A stretch of DNA of 64,000 nucleotides, from the NCBI GenBank assembly GCA_963842085.1, contig CAWJET010000002.1:384001-448000 (forward strand), read 5' to 3'. Below are positions 1-9,465 of this stretch, in pieces. The notes under the pieces are model-generated. The model was not told the origin of the DNA. It did not search any database and worked only from the letters and a program-made list of their open reading frames with translations. A program made the position numbers and the translations under genes. Each line of letters begins with the position of its first letter. Position 1 is the first letter of the stretch. Source of the stretch: an uncultured delta proteobacterium (GTDB taxonomy: Bacteria; Desulfobacterota; Binatia; Binatales; Binataceae).

Positions 1-771
1 GAGCGCGTCGATCGATTCCTCGAACAGCGTCTTCAGCACGGGGTCGTCCTTGATTTGCCCCGCGTATTCGCGCTCGAGCGCCTGCATCATGTGGTACATC
101 ACGTGCGCGTAACCTTGCGAGTGATAGAAATAGTGGTTGCAGTCCCAGCTATGAACCGGGCTGCCGTCGTCCTTGGTGGACCGGTACAGATTCGCATGCG
201 CGTCGCCGAGCAGGTCGGTCCACGTCTGGATCAAGCGGACCAGCTCGACGGCGCGAGTGTTAAGCTCGCGCGACGACGGCGGCGTGGTGTGCAACCCCGC
301 AATGTACATCCGCAGATGTTTGACGCCGTCGTCGTACTTGCTTTCCGCTGACGGCAGGATCCATCGCTCGGCGTCGTTGCGGAAATCGGTGTCGGCGATT
401 ACCAGGTTCGGATCGTACTGGTTCGAGGAAACCTTGGTCAGATGATCCTTAAGAACGCGCGTGGTTTCGCGGACGGCCATGATGATGCCGAGCTGGCGAT
501 CGGAGTTGTTGTCCGGCCCGACTTTCGGCCCCCACAGGAAGAAGTCGTTGGGACGCCAGCCGAAGCCCGTGTGCAGCTCATGGTCCATGATTGCAGCCAG
601 TGTCGAGGCGTAGATCTCGCCGGGCGGGAACGGCTTGTCGGGCGGAAAGATTGCGCTGATGTCGTAGTCGAGATGATTGTGGTGAATCTGGCCGAAATGA
701 AGCGCCAGGTTGCCGCCGATCCAGATTACAAGAAGGGCCGCAGCCCCATAGAGAAGTCGGTTCCGGTTCAT
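1..771 (-). CDS. DUF2333-like membrane-anchored protein (3' end runs off the window)
   Basis: Not in the ORF track because it has no stop in the window. Manual translation from ATG 771 gives MNRNRLLYGAAALLVIWIGGNL...GFGWRPNDFFLW...DNNSDRQLGII...FRNDAERWILPSAESKY: an N-terminal TM segment plus motifs recalled for DUF2333. Confidence 0.7.
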   Translation of the reverse strand, partial: MNRNRLLYGAAALLVIWIGGNLALHFGQIHHNHLDYDISAIFPPDKPFPPGEIYASTLAAIMDHELHTGFGWRPNDFFLWGPKVGPDNNSDRQLGIIMAVRETTRVLKDHLTKVSSNQYDPNLVIADTDFRNDAERWILPSAESKYDDGVKHLRMYIAGLHTTPPSSRELNTRAVELVRLIQTWTDLLGDAHANLYRSTKDDGSPVHSWDCNHYFYHSQGYAHVMYHMMQALEREYAGQIKDDPVLKTLFEESIDAL

Positions 772-830
772 CCCGAAGGAGCAGGCATCGAGCAGCGATT
801 CTGCCGGACGAGACTATAACACGATTGCTG

Positions 831-1622
831 CTATGCCGCGCGCAGTGGAACTGCTGCGGCGGTGGCGCGCTTGAGTTCGTCGCGGCTGGTGCCCAACTGC
901 TTGAGCAACGGAAACAGCGCCCGCGTCAGGAACACGCGTGGACTGATGCCGCCGCCGCCGGTCCGAAGTTTCTCGCGATAGTTCGGAATCAGCCCGTCGC
1001 CCGGCATCTTGAAATGGGCGATCACGTGCGCGAGGTCCGCCAGCGTGCCGACGCGATCTTCCGCCATCTCGATCTCGACCATCGCGCGGTAAAAGCCGGC
1101 GTGGGCGGCCTCGTCGCGGCTGACCAGGAAGAAGATTGCCTCGAGGGTCGGGTCACTCTCGAGTTCGGCGCGATCCTTTTGCGCGCGATACGCTAGATAG
1201 GTCGCTGATTCCTGCAGCGCGCCATAGCAGCTCATCCGGCGGCGCGTCGCGAACGGAACTCTCCACGAACGCGAAAACACATCTGTCTCGAACCTGTCGA
1301 ATTGCGCCGGCGTGCGCAGCCCGGAGCGAAGCAGGTACTCGCGAAAGACCAGTCCGTGACGCGATTCCTCGTAGCTCCACGCGTTCTGAAACCATGCGAG
1401 GCCGAACACGCCGCGCAACAACTCATTACCGGCTGCGGTGTAATCCGGCAGGTACATTTCTTCGGCGCAATACGTCTCGATGCGAATCGCGCGTTCCTCG
1501 GTATTGGCGCGCGGCGACAGCTTGTCCCACGGGACATCTTCGAAGATATTCCAGCGGCGCTTGCGCTCCGCAGTCTCGAAATAATCCATGTACGCGCGGT
1601 GAAACTTCTCTTTTGCAGTCAT
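831..1622 (-). CDS. Acyl-ACP desaturase / ferritin-like diiron protein
   Basis: Diiron motifs EESRH and DEAAH; AEEMYLP and FKMPG are typical of bacterial DesA-like proteins. Confidence 0.8.
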   Translation of the reverse strand: MTAKEKFHRAYMDYFETAERKRRWNIFEDVPWDKLSPRANTEERAIRIETYCAEEMYLPDYTAAGNELLRGVFGLAWFQNAWSYEESRHGLVFREYLLRSGLRTPAQFDRFETDVFSRSWRVPFATRRRMSCYGALQESATYLAYRAQKDRAELESDPTLEAIFFLVSRDEAAHAGFYRAMVEIEMAEDRVGTLADLAHVIAHFKMPGDGLIPNYREKLRTGGGGISPRVFLTRALFPLLKQLGTSRDELKRATAAAVPLRAA

Positions 1623-1736
1623 CAGACAGAAACTGACGAAGGAAGCAGGCGGGGCTATGCTTACAAGAGTATCACGGGGCAGCGTGGTCTCCTAATCGAA
1701 AATGTCTTCTGGAGAACAATCTGCGATAACAGCTGC

Positions 1737-2993
1737 TCAGAAAATACTTAATAAACGTTTAGTTAGCGAACTACTCTTGCCGACATCCGAAGCTGCGAGG
1801 ATCGGGATCGTAGTGACCTGTTTACCGCCCGCGGTCACGTTGGCCGTTCCAATCTGCTGGCCAGCCTTGAGCGGCGCCGCGATCGACGGCGGCAGGTTAT
1901 AATCGATTTTGATCGCGTTGTGTGCGTCGTCCCGCTTGACGAACACGCCTGCGTCGGCGCCCCAAACCGGCTTGATACTGCCAATGTCCGCGTCGGTCAC
2001 GGCGACGGATTGCCCGATCGGAGCGCCTTTCTTTGCGACCGAATGCATTTCGTAGTTGAGAAATCCCTGCGAGAGCATCTCGGACGCTTCCTTGAAGTTC
2101 GTCAACTTGTGCTGGCTGCCGAGCACCACCGCGACCAGCCGCAGCTCGCCGCGTTTAGCCGTCGCGACCACGTTGAATCCCGATTTGTCGTAGAAGCCCG
2201 TCTTGAGGCCGTCGCATCCTGAATATGTCCGCACCATGTGATTGGTGTTGCGCAAAATGAATGTGCCGCCGCGAAACGGCGCCGTGTCGATCGACGACCA
2301 TCGGTGCACGTCGGGATATTTCACCAGCGCGCGCGCGAGAATCGCCTGATCGTACGCGCTGGCGACGTCGGGCGATTGTCCCTTCGCGGGCGGCAGACCG
2401 TGAACCGAATAGTAGTGGGTGTCCTTCATCCCCAGCGCGGCGGCTTTCCGGTTCATCATCACCACGAATGCTTCGGTCGATCCCGCGATATACTCCGCGA
2501 CCGCCACCGACGCGTCGTTGGCCGAATGCACGACCACGGCCTTCATCATGTCGTCGAGCGAAAACGTTTCGCCCTCCTTGAGATAGACTTGCGATCCGCC
2601 CATCTCGGCGGCGTTGCGCGAGGTCGTTATCTGGTCGGTGAGCATGAGCGAGCGGTCGTGAATTTTCTCGGCGACGATCAACATCAGCATCATCTTGGCC
2701 AGCGACGCGGTCGGCCACGGCGTGTGGTCGTTGGCCTCGAAGATGACGGTGCCGGTCGTCGGTTCGAGCACGCACGCCTCGGTGTATGGACCCAGCGCGG
2801 CACTCGACGCGCTGGCGGTGCTTTCCTCCTGGGCAGCGGGCGCGGCATTCGCCGTCGCATGATGACGACGCGCGGCTAGAGCAGTATGCGACGGCACTAT
2901 CGCGGCGAGCGCGACGGTCAAAGCGATAAATGCAAATTTTCGGATAACCGGAAGTTCGGCGATGGATTCGCCGCCCGCTGACAGAACTTTCAT
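1737..2993 (-). CDS. D-alanyl-D-alanine carboxypeptidase (peptidase S11, PBP5/6-like)
   Basis: SxxK (ASLAK), SxN (HSAND) and KTG motifs plus a signal peptide. Start moved to about 2993 because GGAGG lies just upstream. Confidence 0.9.
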   Translation of the reverse strand: MKVLSAGGESIAELPVIRKFAFIALTVALAAIVPSHTALAARRHHATANAAPAAQEESTASASSAALGPYTEACVLEPTTGTVIFEANDHTPWPTASLAKMMLMLIVAEKIHDRSLMLTDQITTSRNAAEMGGSQVYLKEGETFSLDDMMKAVVVHSANDASVAVAEYIAGSTEAFVVMMNRKAAALGMKDTHYYSVHGLPPAKGQSPDVASAYDQAILARALVKYPDVHRWSSIDTAPFRGGTFILRNTNHMVRTYSGCDGLKTGFYDKSGFNVVATAKRGELRLVAVVLGSQHKLTNFKEASEMLSQGFLNYEMHSVAKKGAPIGQSVAVTDADIGSIKPVWGADAGVFVKRDDAHNAIKIDYNLPPSIAAPLKAGQQIGTANVTAGGKQVTTIPILAASDVGKSSSLTKRLLSIF

Positions 2994-3090
2994 CACGCAC
3001 CACCTCCGCAACACATCGAAACAACACAAGGATAGTAGCCAACAACTCGACCGTCGGCGAGCGCTCGCGCACTCCGCGGGTAGGGATTGT

Positions 3091-4164
3091 CTAAAAGCGG
3101 TCGGCGGTCCAGTACACTGATCGCGAATCGGCGAAGAGTTCGAACGCGTGCGCCGCGGCTGCTTCGGGGGCCATCGCGAACCGCTGCGCCAGCTTGTCGG
3201 GCGCGAGAACTCGCCACATGTAGTTGTTGTCGATGTGGTGCGCGACGGGACAGCCCGCGCCGTCCAGCGCTCTTTCGAGTGCCCGATCGTGCGCCGTATG
3301 CGTGACGAGCACCGACGGTTCGGCCGGCTTCGACGCACCGTGGAGCAGGGCGGCGCGGCGATGCTCCCCGATGCTTCTTACGGTGACCGGCACGCCGGCA
3401 GCCGATTGGCCGAGGTACTTGAACGTCGCGAGCATCGCCTCAATCCCGGCCGCGCCGGCATCGTAGCCGTACTCCATCACCATCGAGACGCCGTGGAAGC
3501 GCGTGACCCTCGCGTACGCCGCAATTCGCGCGCCGTCGCGGCACACGACGAAATATTCCTCTGAGCCTTCGCCGGGATGGAGCGGCTGATTGCCGGCAAA
3601 TTTGAGGTTCGCGCGCCACGCGCCGTCGTCGCGGATGGCGGTGACATTGAAGCGTCCGCTGTAAGCGCGATGAAGCGCGGCAATTTCAGCAAGGTCGCGC
3701 TCGGTCTCGAAGCTGTCGATCACGAAACCATCGCGCGCGTTGATTGAAGCGGCGCTCGCCAGGATGCTGAACTTGCGCTCGAGCTCGCGCCATCCGAACT
3801 GGTCGTAGAAAGTGAGCCGCTCCGCGAACAGCAGCGATACTTCGAAGCCCTCGCGCACCATCGTATCGACCGCCAGACGCATCAGCGCCGACGCGACGCC
3901 CTTGTGCCGGTACTCCTCGAGCGTGAAGACGGAGCCGATACCGCCCATCGGCACCGATTGCCCTTCGAGATTGACGGCGCGATCGAAAATCTGGACGGTC
4001 GAAACCAGTCGTCCGCCGTCGCGCGCAACCAGACAGAGCGCGTCCCGAAAGCGCGGATCGTTACGGTTGTAGCGGGCGAAAAACTCGCCCCGGTCGTTGT
4101 ACCAATGCCCCAGCAGGTCGAGGACTTCGTCCCGCTCGCCGTGGTGAGCAGATCGGACTTCCAT
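3091..4164 (-). CDS. GNAT family N-acetyltransferase (Eis-like N-terminus)
   Basis: GGIGSVFTLEEYRHKGVASALM acetyl-CoA motif; FYDQFGW. Confidence 0.85.
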   Translation of the reverse strand: MEVRSAHHGERDEVLDLLGHWYNDRGEFFARYNRNDPRFRDALCLVARDGGRLVSTVQIFDRAVNLEGQSVPMGGIGSVFTLEEYRHKGVASALMRLAVDTMVREGFEVSLLFAERLTFYDQFGWRELERKFSILASAASINARDGFVIDSFETERDLAEIAALHRAYSGRFNVTAIRDDGAWRANLKFAGNQPLHPGEGSEEYFVVCRDGARIAAYARVTRFHGVSMVMEYGYDAGAAGIEAMLATFKYLGQSAAGVPVTVRSIGEHRRAALLHGASKPAEPSVLVTHTAHDRALERALDGAGCPVAHHIDNNYMWRVLAPDKLAQRFAMAPEAAAAHAFELFADSRSVYWTADRF

Positions 4165-4231
4165 CGTTCAGGCTTTGTAACTTACTCCAGCTGGCACTGC
4201 TATAGGAGCAAGGGGAACAATCGTCGGAGGG

Positions 4232-5224
4232 TTATCGAAGGTCCAGATGAACCGTGGTTGGCTGGCCGCCGCGATTCACCACCAGGTCGATTGCCGAGGC
4301 GGTTTTCATCGCTTGCATCAGGCCCAGCGCCTGCATCGGATTGGTTACGGGCTGTCCGTTGATATTCGTCAGCAGGTCGCCGTTTTGCAGACCGATTTGC
4401 TCGAACACCGAGCCCGGCGCGACCTCGGAGATCGAGAAGCCGTCGGTCTTGCCATTGACGAAATGGGGCAGCGCGCGCATCTGCGAGAAGAACTGCGCCG
4501 GATTCTCCATCGTCTGCTGAACTTCGGCGCGGCTGACCTCGAACTTTCCGGGGCCGAGTTTCTTCAGTTCAAGTTTGCTGCTGCTGTTGTCGTCGCTATC
4601 GTCGCTGTCGTTGCTGTTATCGTTGTCGTCGTTATCGTTCGCCGCCGCACCAGGACGACCAAACCCGCGCAGTCGGTGCCGCATCGCAGCGGGCAGACCC
4701 CTGAGCATTGGTGCCGGGACAATTCCGCCGCCCAACTGGGACGGCGGCACTTCGGGCATGTCGGAGGACGGAATCTTAAGCGCTACGCGATGACCGCCGC
4801 GGTCGATGATCGCGCGGTTGGTTTCGACGCTGACAAGCTTGCCCGCGTCCGGGATGTTCTCTCCCACCTGATAAAGCGACTCGTTGCCGGCTGGATCTTC
4901 GATTATGGCGTAAGGCTTCGATCTGCTGACCAGCGAGGTGCCGATCAGTTTCAGGTGCAGGTCCTCCTCGACCACCGGCGCAGACCCGGTGTCCTGCGGA
5001 ACTTCGTTGAAAATGTCGCGCTTGACGATTAGGTCGTAGTAAGCGCGCGTCCGTACGCCGGTTGCGAGCTTGCGCGCGGACGACGAGGTGGGAAGAGCGT
5101 CGGTTTCGCTGGAAGTGGCGCGCACAATGATGTCGCGCACGCACATGGCCGAGACGATCGCCAGTGCCGCGACCAGGACGAAGTTCAGAATCGTGACGTG
5201 GATCTGTGAAAACCTGAGTTGCAT
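4232..5224 (-). CDS. gspC: Type II secretion system protein GspC (TM, HR domain, PDZ)
   Basis: N-terminal TM, LKLIGT...YAII...LYQVGE HR domain, C-terminal PDZ (GLQNGDLLTNING). Confidence 0.85.
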   Translation of the reverse strand: MQLRFSQIHVTILNFVLVAALAIVSAMCVRDIIVRATSSETDALPTSSSARKLATGVRTRAYYDLIVKRDIFNEVPQDTGSAPVVEEDLHLKLIGTSLVSRSKPYAIIEDPAGNESLYQVGENIPDAGKLVSVETNRAIIDRGGHRVALKIPSSDMPEVPPSQLGGGIVPAPMLRGLPAAMRHRLRGFGRPGAAANDNDDNDNSNDSDDSDDNSSSKLELKKLGPGKFEVSRAEVQQTMENPAQFFSQMRALPHFVNGKTDGFSISEVAPGSVFEQIGLQNGDLLTNINGQPVTNPMQALGLMQAMKTASAIDLVVNRGGQPTTVHLDLR

Positions 5225-6589
5225 TTACAGGATCGATTCAGCCTCGTACGCGCATCCCTTCACTAGACGGCCCACGTCGTAGTTCCATTCACCCTTCCAG
5301 CGGCTGATTACAAAACTCGCCTGGCTGTGACCGCCCCGGACCAGGTCCATCAGGCGCAGCAGGTAGATGCTCTCATCCTGACCGAGATTGTTCAACGCCC
5401 GCTCGCGCTCGAGTCCCCGGGCCGCTATTTGCATCAGCTCGTAGCCCAATTCCTGCAGTTTAATTTTTCCGGCGCGGGCGTCAAGGCCGTTCTTGTGCGC
5501 GGCGTCCGCGATTGCGAGCCGCTCGCGATAGCTCCATCCCTTGACCAGGTCCCACGCCGCCGCGATGCAATCGTCGTTGTAAAGCGTGCCCTTGAGCAGT
5601 GCCGGCAGCGCGAGCATGAACTGCGGCGGCTGGCTGTCGGCGGTGCGCACCTCGACGTAGCGCTTGAGGCGGACCTCGGTGAAAATCGTGGTCAGGTGAT
5701 TGGTCCAGTCCTGGACGGTGGCGCGTTCGCGGCCGTAACCGCTTGCGAGATACTGGCGGAATGTAAGGCCCGGCGGCCGGGTGAGATCGATATAGTCGTG
5801 GTTGCGAATCAGGAAGTACATCGGTACGTCGAGCGCGTACTCGGCGTAGTCCTCGAACGAACAATCGTCGCGGAACACGAACTCCGGAACGCCGCTGCGT
5901 TCGTTGTCGGTGTCGGTCCAGATATGCCCGCGGAAGCTCTGGTAGCCGTTGAGCCCGCCGTCGCTCAGCGGGGAGTTGGCGAAAATCGCGTACAGGATCG
6001 GCACGATACCCATGCTCACGCGCAGCTTGCGCATCGCGTCCGCCTCGTCGCTGTAGTCGAGGTTGGCCTGCACGCCCGCGGTCTGCTTCATCATGCGCTG
6101 GCCGAGTTTTCCCTTGCGCGCCATGTACGGGTACATGATGTGGTAGCGGGCCTTGGGCAAGAGTTCGATCTGGTCGATGCGGCTGACGGGTTGCATCCCG
6201 AGTCCTAACACCGTTGCGCCGATCTTGCTGGTGATTTCGATCAACTGTCGTACGTGGGTCGCAAACTCGGCGTGCGCGCAGTGGATAGTCTCGCATTGCT
6301 CGCCGGACAGCTCGATCTGACCGCCCGGCTCGAGCGTGATTGCGGCGCGCTCGCCCTTGAGCGCCAGGATGTGTCCGTGTTCTTCCTCGGGCTCGAAGCC
6401 GTAGTCCGCCGCCATCCGTCGCAGCAGGTCTTCGACGCCGCCGGCGCCTGAATAGGGAATAGCGGTACCGTCAGCAGAGCGGACGACGACCTTTTCGTAC
6501 TCGGTGCCGATTCGCCAATCCGCGCGGGGCTTACCGCCTTCCTGGAAGTAGCGGACCAGGTCGTCTTTCTTTTCGAGCAACTCACTCAT
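5225..6589 (-). CDS. gshA: Glutamate--cysteine ligase (GCS2, plant/alphaproteobacterial type)
   Basis: RIGTEYEK, ITLEPGGQIELSG, QANLDYSDE, FANSP, IWTDTD, HLTTIFTEVRLK, EVRTAD. Confidence 0.9.
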   Translation of the reverse strand: MSELLEKKDDLVRYFQEGGKPRADWRIGTEYEKVVVRSADGTAIPYSGAGGVEDLLRRMAADYGFEPEEEHGHILALKGERAAITLEPGGQIELSGEQCETIHCAHAEFATHVRQLIEITSKIGATVLGLGMQPVSRIDQIELLPKARYHIMYPYMARKGKLGQRMMKQTAGVQANLDYSDEADAMRKLRVSMGIVPILYAIFANSPLSDGGLNGYQSFRGHIWTDTDNERSGVPEFVFRDDCSFEDYAEYALDVPMYFLIRNHDYIDLTRPPGLTFRQYLASGYGRERATVQDWTNHLTTIFTEVRLKRYVEVRTADSQPPQFMLALPALLKGTLYNDDCIAAAWDLVKGWSYRERLAIADAAHKNGLDARAGKIKLQELGYELMQIAARGLERERALNNLGQDESIYLLRLMDLVRGGHSQASFVISRWKGEWNYDVGRLVKGCAYEAESIL

Positions 6590-6617
6590 GAATCAAATCC
6601 AATCGCGACTCTTTTTA

Positions 6618-6653
6618 TCCCTCTCCCTGCAAGGGAGAGGACTAAGGTGAGGG
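6618..6653. repeat. REP-like hairpin CCCTCTCCC-N5-GGGAGAGG...GGTGAGGG
   Basis: Intergenic inverted repeat upstream of gshA, resembling a common bacterial REP-type element. Confidence 0.5.
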
Positions 6654-6971
6654 TCCTTGTTCAGCGCGCGATTCTTTTCGCGCGCGATTCAAGATTCCGC
6701 CTCCGGAAGCAGTTAGGCAGCTCTTCTCAAAAAAGGCTCCGTCAAGCGCGCCTATAATGGCCCCGCCAAACATGCGAGGCAAGCCGCGAGCGGAGTCTCT
6801 GCTGCGACGCGCTTTTTCACCTCCCTGTGTCAGAGTGGCGGTCGATGCGCGCCGAAGGAGGCGCGGAGGGAGAGGTGCAACGCTCGCCCTAATACGACCT
6901 TGAAATCATTTGGCCGCAAACTCATGCAACGGGGTTCTCACCTCTCACGACGCGAGTACGCGCGGTTGTCC

Positions 6972-7049
6972 GTCATCCTGACGAAGCGAGCAACGCGAGC
7001 GGCAGGAAGGATCTCGGACAGCTTCGCGCCAGCGAAGCCGGTTCCGGTT
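6972..7049 (+). repeat. Dispersed REP-like element (GTCATCCTGAC family), solo copy
   Basis: Nearly the reverse complement of 41466-41544 and similar to 41313-41389. Confidence 0.8.
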
Positions 7050-7420
7050 CTTTATCGGCCGTAGGCCCTCCTCGCTGCCACCAAAGTCCAAATGACATTC
7101 ATGTCGTCGGACGGGTGAGGGCGACCGCATTCAGCGTGATGCGGGCGCCATCCCTCTTGCCCGTTCCCTCTTGTTCCGTATTCGAGGCTGCCGTTCGAGC
7201 GCGTATCGGAGGGCTCACAGCGAGTTTCAGGCCTATAACCCGTTCCATGGGTGGTAGTCGATCCTTTGGTCGGACACGACGGGCATGCAGCACCTATTCG
7301 AGCCGAGGGAGATAACGACAGCGGCAGGATCTCTTGAGCAACAAGGAGAAGGCGACGCAAACGGTGATCGCAGCCTTCGTGTTTTGTTCTCCTGAACTAA
7401 AGTAGGGGATTATCCGGGTC

Positions 7421-7449
7421 TTGACTAACACGCGCACACGCGCTAATGT
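7421..7449 (+). promoter_or_regulatory. sigma70-type promoter overlapping the IS left IR (probably leaderless transposase mRNA)
   Basis: TTGACT-17 bp-TAATGT, with the ATG 7 nt downstream and no SD. Confidence 0.55.
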
Positions 7450-7456
7450 CTGATGC

Positions 7457-8386
7457 ATGACGAAAACAGACAAGCACCAGCCGCGTTTTGTGCGACAGAT
7501 GACCCTCAGCGAGTTCGACGCGCTGTTCCCTAATGAGAACGCATGTCGCACTTATCTGCTCTTGCGGCGCTGGCCCGCTGGCCCGAAGTGTCCGCGCTGT
7601 CAGAATGATCACGTCTACGAAAGCACTGCGCGTCCGTGGCACTGGCAGTGCATGAAGTGTGGACCTAAGCCGCGCTCGCCCTATCGCTTCGCACTCACGA
7701 CCGGAACGATCTTCGAGGAATCGAAGAAGCCGCTGATCATGTGGTTCAAGGTTCTGCATCTGATGGTTACGTCGAAGAAGGGAATCAGCGCACTCCAGAT
7801 TCATCGCATGCTTGGAACCGGCTCGTATCAGACCGCGTGGTATATGTGCATGCGTCTGCGCGCCGGAATGAAAGACCCGGAGTTCCGGCAACTGATGGGG
7901 ATCGTTGAAGTCGACGAAACGTTCATAGGCGGACTCAATAAAAATCGCCATCGAAAAGATCGGATCAAGGGTGCTGGCGGTCCGGGGTCCGGTAAGATCA
8001 CTGTAGTCGGCGCAATCGCTCGCAAGGGCAACCTCGTCTGCAAGATGGTTGAGCGCACGGACACGGAATCCCTCACTGGATTCGTCCGCGAAGTTACCAA
8101 GGCGCACGCCACGCTGGTCATCACGGACGAATGGCGCGGCTACGACGCGATCAGTATTTACAATCGCGAGCATCAGTTCGTCCGGCATACCGCTGGCGAG
8201 TACGTGCGCGGCAACATCCATACGCAGAGCATTGAGTCGTTCTGGTCGCTGCTCAAGCGCGGCGTGATCGGAACGTACCATCACGTCAGCAAGAAATATC
8301 TGCCACTCTACCTGAATGAGTTTCAGTTCCGATTTAACAACCGAAACGAAGCCGATATTTTCGGCAAGGCGATAGCAGGATGCTGA
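7457..8386 (+). CDS. IS1595-family DDE transposase
   Basis: Zn ribbon CPRC...CMKC; KKGISALQI; IVEVDETFIGG; VITDEWRGY; HTQSIESFWSLLKR; YLNEFQFRFN. Confidence 0.95.
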   Translation: MTKTDKHQPRFVRQMTLSEFDALFPNENACRTYLLLRRWPAGPKCPRCQNDHVYESTARPWHWQCMKCGPKPRSPYRFALTTGTIFEESKKPLIMWFKVLHLMVTSKKGISALQIHRMLGTGSYQTAWYMCMRLRAGMKDPEFRQLMGIVEVDETFIGGLNKNRHRKDRIKGAGGPGSGKITVVGAIARKGNLVCKMVERTDTESLTGFVREVTKAHATLVITDEWRGYDAISIYNREHQFVRHTAGEYVRGNIHTQSIESFWSLLKRGVIGTYHHVSKKYLPLYLNEFQFRFNNRNEADIFGKAIAGC

Positions 8387-8464
8387 GACACGAACACTGG
8401 CGAATGTCTCAGCTATCTGAGAACGTCGCCAGCGAGCCGATTCAATTGGAGTTTGCATTTCCGG

Positions 8465-9019
8465 TCAAAAGACTGCCTCTACGGTTACAACTGTCCCTAC
8501 GATTGGACCGTCGAACACGATGAGCGCACTGCGCGAGTTTTTGTCTTTGATTTCGTGCATGGGGAGCATTGCCCCATTCCCGTCTATGCGAAAATCCTTA
8601 ACCGCGATGGCTTTGTCGAAGACCACAAAGAGATATACGGCATTGCTAAACACTTGATTGGAAATGGGCCGACCCTGCGAATCCTTCATCGTGGCCCGAC
8701 TTATCGAATTTATTGAGACGTAATTCGCAACGTTTAATTTTGTAATGGGTTGGGAATTGCCTAATTCGTTATACTGAATTTGAAGTTTGGTCGGCGTGTT
8801 ACCGGCAAGTCCGTCGGATGGGGGCGCAAAGTACGGTTGCACCCAAATAGCGACCGCAAGGATCGCCATCACAGTCATCGGCCAGTATCGAACCGCACTT
8901 CGCAACCTGCCCTGCCAATTAATCGGCGGCACGGCTGGTCCCTGTTGGGCAAAAATTCGATTGCCCTGCCAAAGCAGGTAAAGCGTCGCCGCATCTACTA
9001 TGTAACGCTCGATATCCAT
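8465..9019 (-). CDS. IS passenger gene: membrane-anchored hypothetical protein
   Basis: 184-aa AT-richer ORF with a hydrophobic segment (WPMTVMAILAVAIWV) followed by a beta-rich domain; lies between the IS IRs. Confidence 0.6.
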   Translation of the reverse strand: MDIERYIVDAATLYLLWQGNRIFAQQGPAVPPINWQGRLRSAVRYWPMTVMAILAVAIWVQPYFAPPSDGLAGNTPTKLQIQYNELGNSQPITKLNVANYVSINSISRATMKDSQGRPISNQVFSNAVYLFVVFDKAIAVKDFRIDGNGAMLPMHEIKDKNSRSALIVFDGPIVGTVVTVEAVF

Positions 9020-9100
9020 CGATCCCTCTCAGGGTGGGATTTCCCCTTGAGGCAGCGTAGTGTGCTTGACGGCACGCGGCCAGCCGCGCAGACTGACGGC

Positions 9101-9325
9101 ATGAGCAGTCCTTACGCTCAAAAGATTCTGTTCTTTTTCTGTCGCAAGTGCGGCGACTACCACGAGAAAACACACCCACACTACAAGGCGCAGAAGCAGC
9201 GTTCCTATCGTCGCCGCAAGGCGAAAGAAAAAAGCGCCAACGCAGTAGGAGAGGGGGCAACCAACCACGCTGGCGCGGAACCCGGAGGATTCCATCCCGA
9301 CCATAAGTCGCAACCGCACTTGTAG
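9101..9325 (+). CDS. IS passenger gene: small basic Cys/His protein (74 aa)
   Basis: MSSPYAQKILFFFCRKCGDYHEKTHPHY... followed by a K/R-rich tract; preceded by TTGACG-17 bp-CAGACT ending 6 nt before the ATG. Confidence 0.4.
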   Translation: MSSPYAQKILFFFCRKCGDYHEKTHPHYKAQKQRSYRRRKAKEKSANAVGEGATNHAGAEPGGFHPDHKSQPHL

Positions 9326-9449
9326 CAAGCCTAATCTGACGCGCTCGTAGCGGAGGTTCGTCCAGCTCTGGCCCACTATCCGAATCATGGCCGGGATCGT
9401 TACATAATCCCGTCTGATAGTCTAGAGCCGGATAATCCCCCAAAAGTAC

Positions 9450-9465
9450 TGTTTCACGTGAAACA
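9450..9465. promoter_or_regulatory. parS centromere-like site
   Basis: TGTTTCACGTGAAACA, a perfect match to the widespread chromosomal parS palindrome. Confidence 0.85.

Larger units (their letters stand above)
7405..9440 (+). mobile_element. IS1595-family insertion sequence with passenger genes (2036 bp)
   Basis: 23-bp terminal IRs match at 21/23 (GGGGATTATCCGGGTCTTGACTA vs GGGGATTATCCGGCTCTAGACTA). Flanking 8-mers CTAAAGTA and CAAAAGTA match at 7/8, consistent with an 8-bp TSD. Transposase is intact. Confidence 0.9.

Noticed and set aside
7397-8458. 353-aa ORF antisense to the transposase
   Set aside because: It fully overlaps a clear IS1595 transposase and has no recognisable motifs; treated as a shadow ORF.
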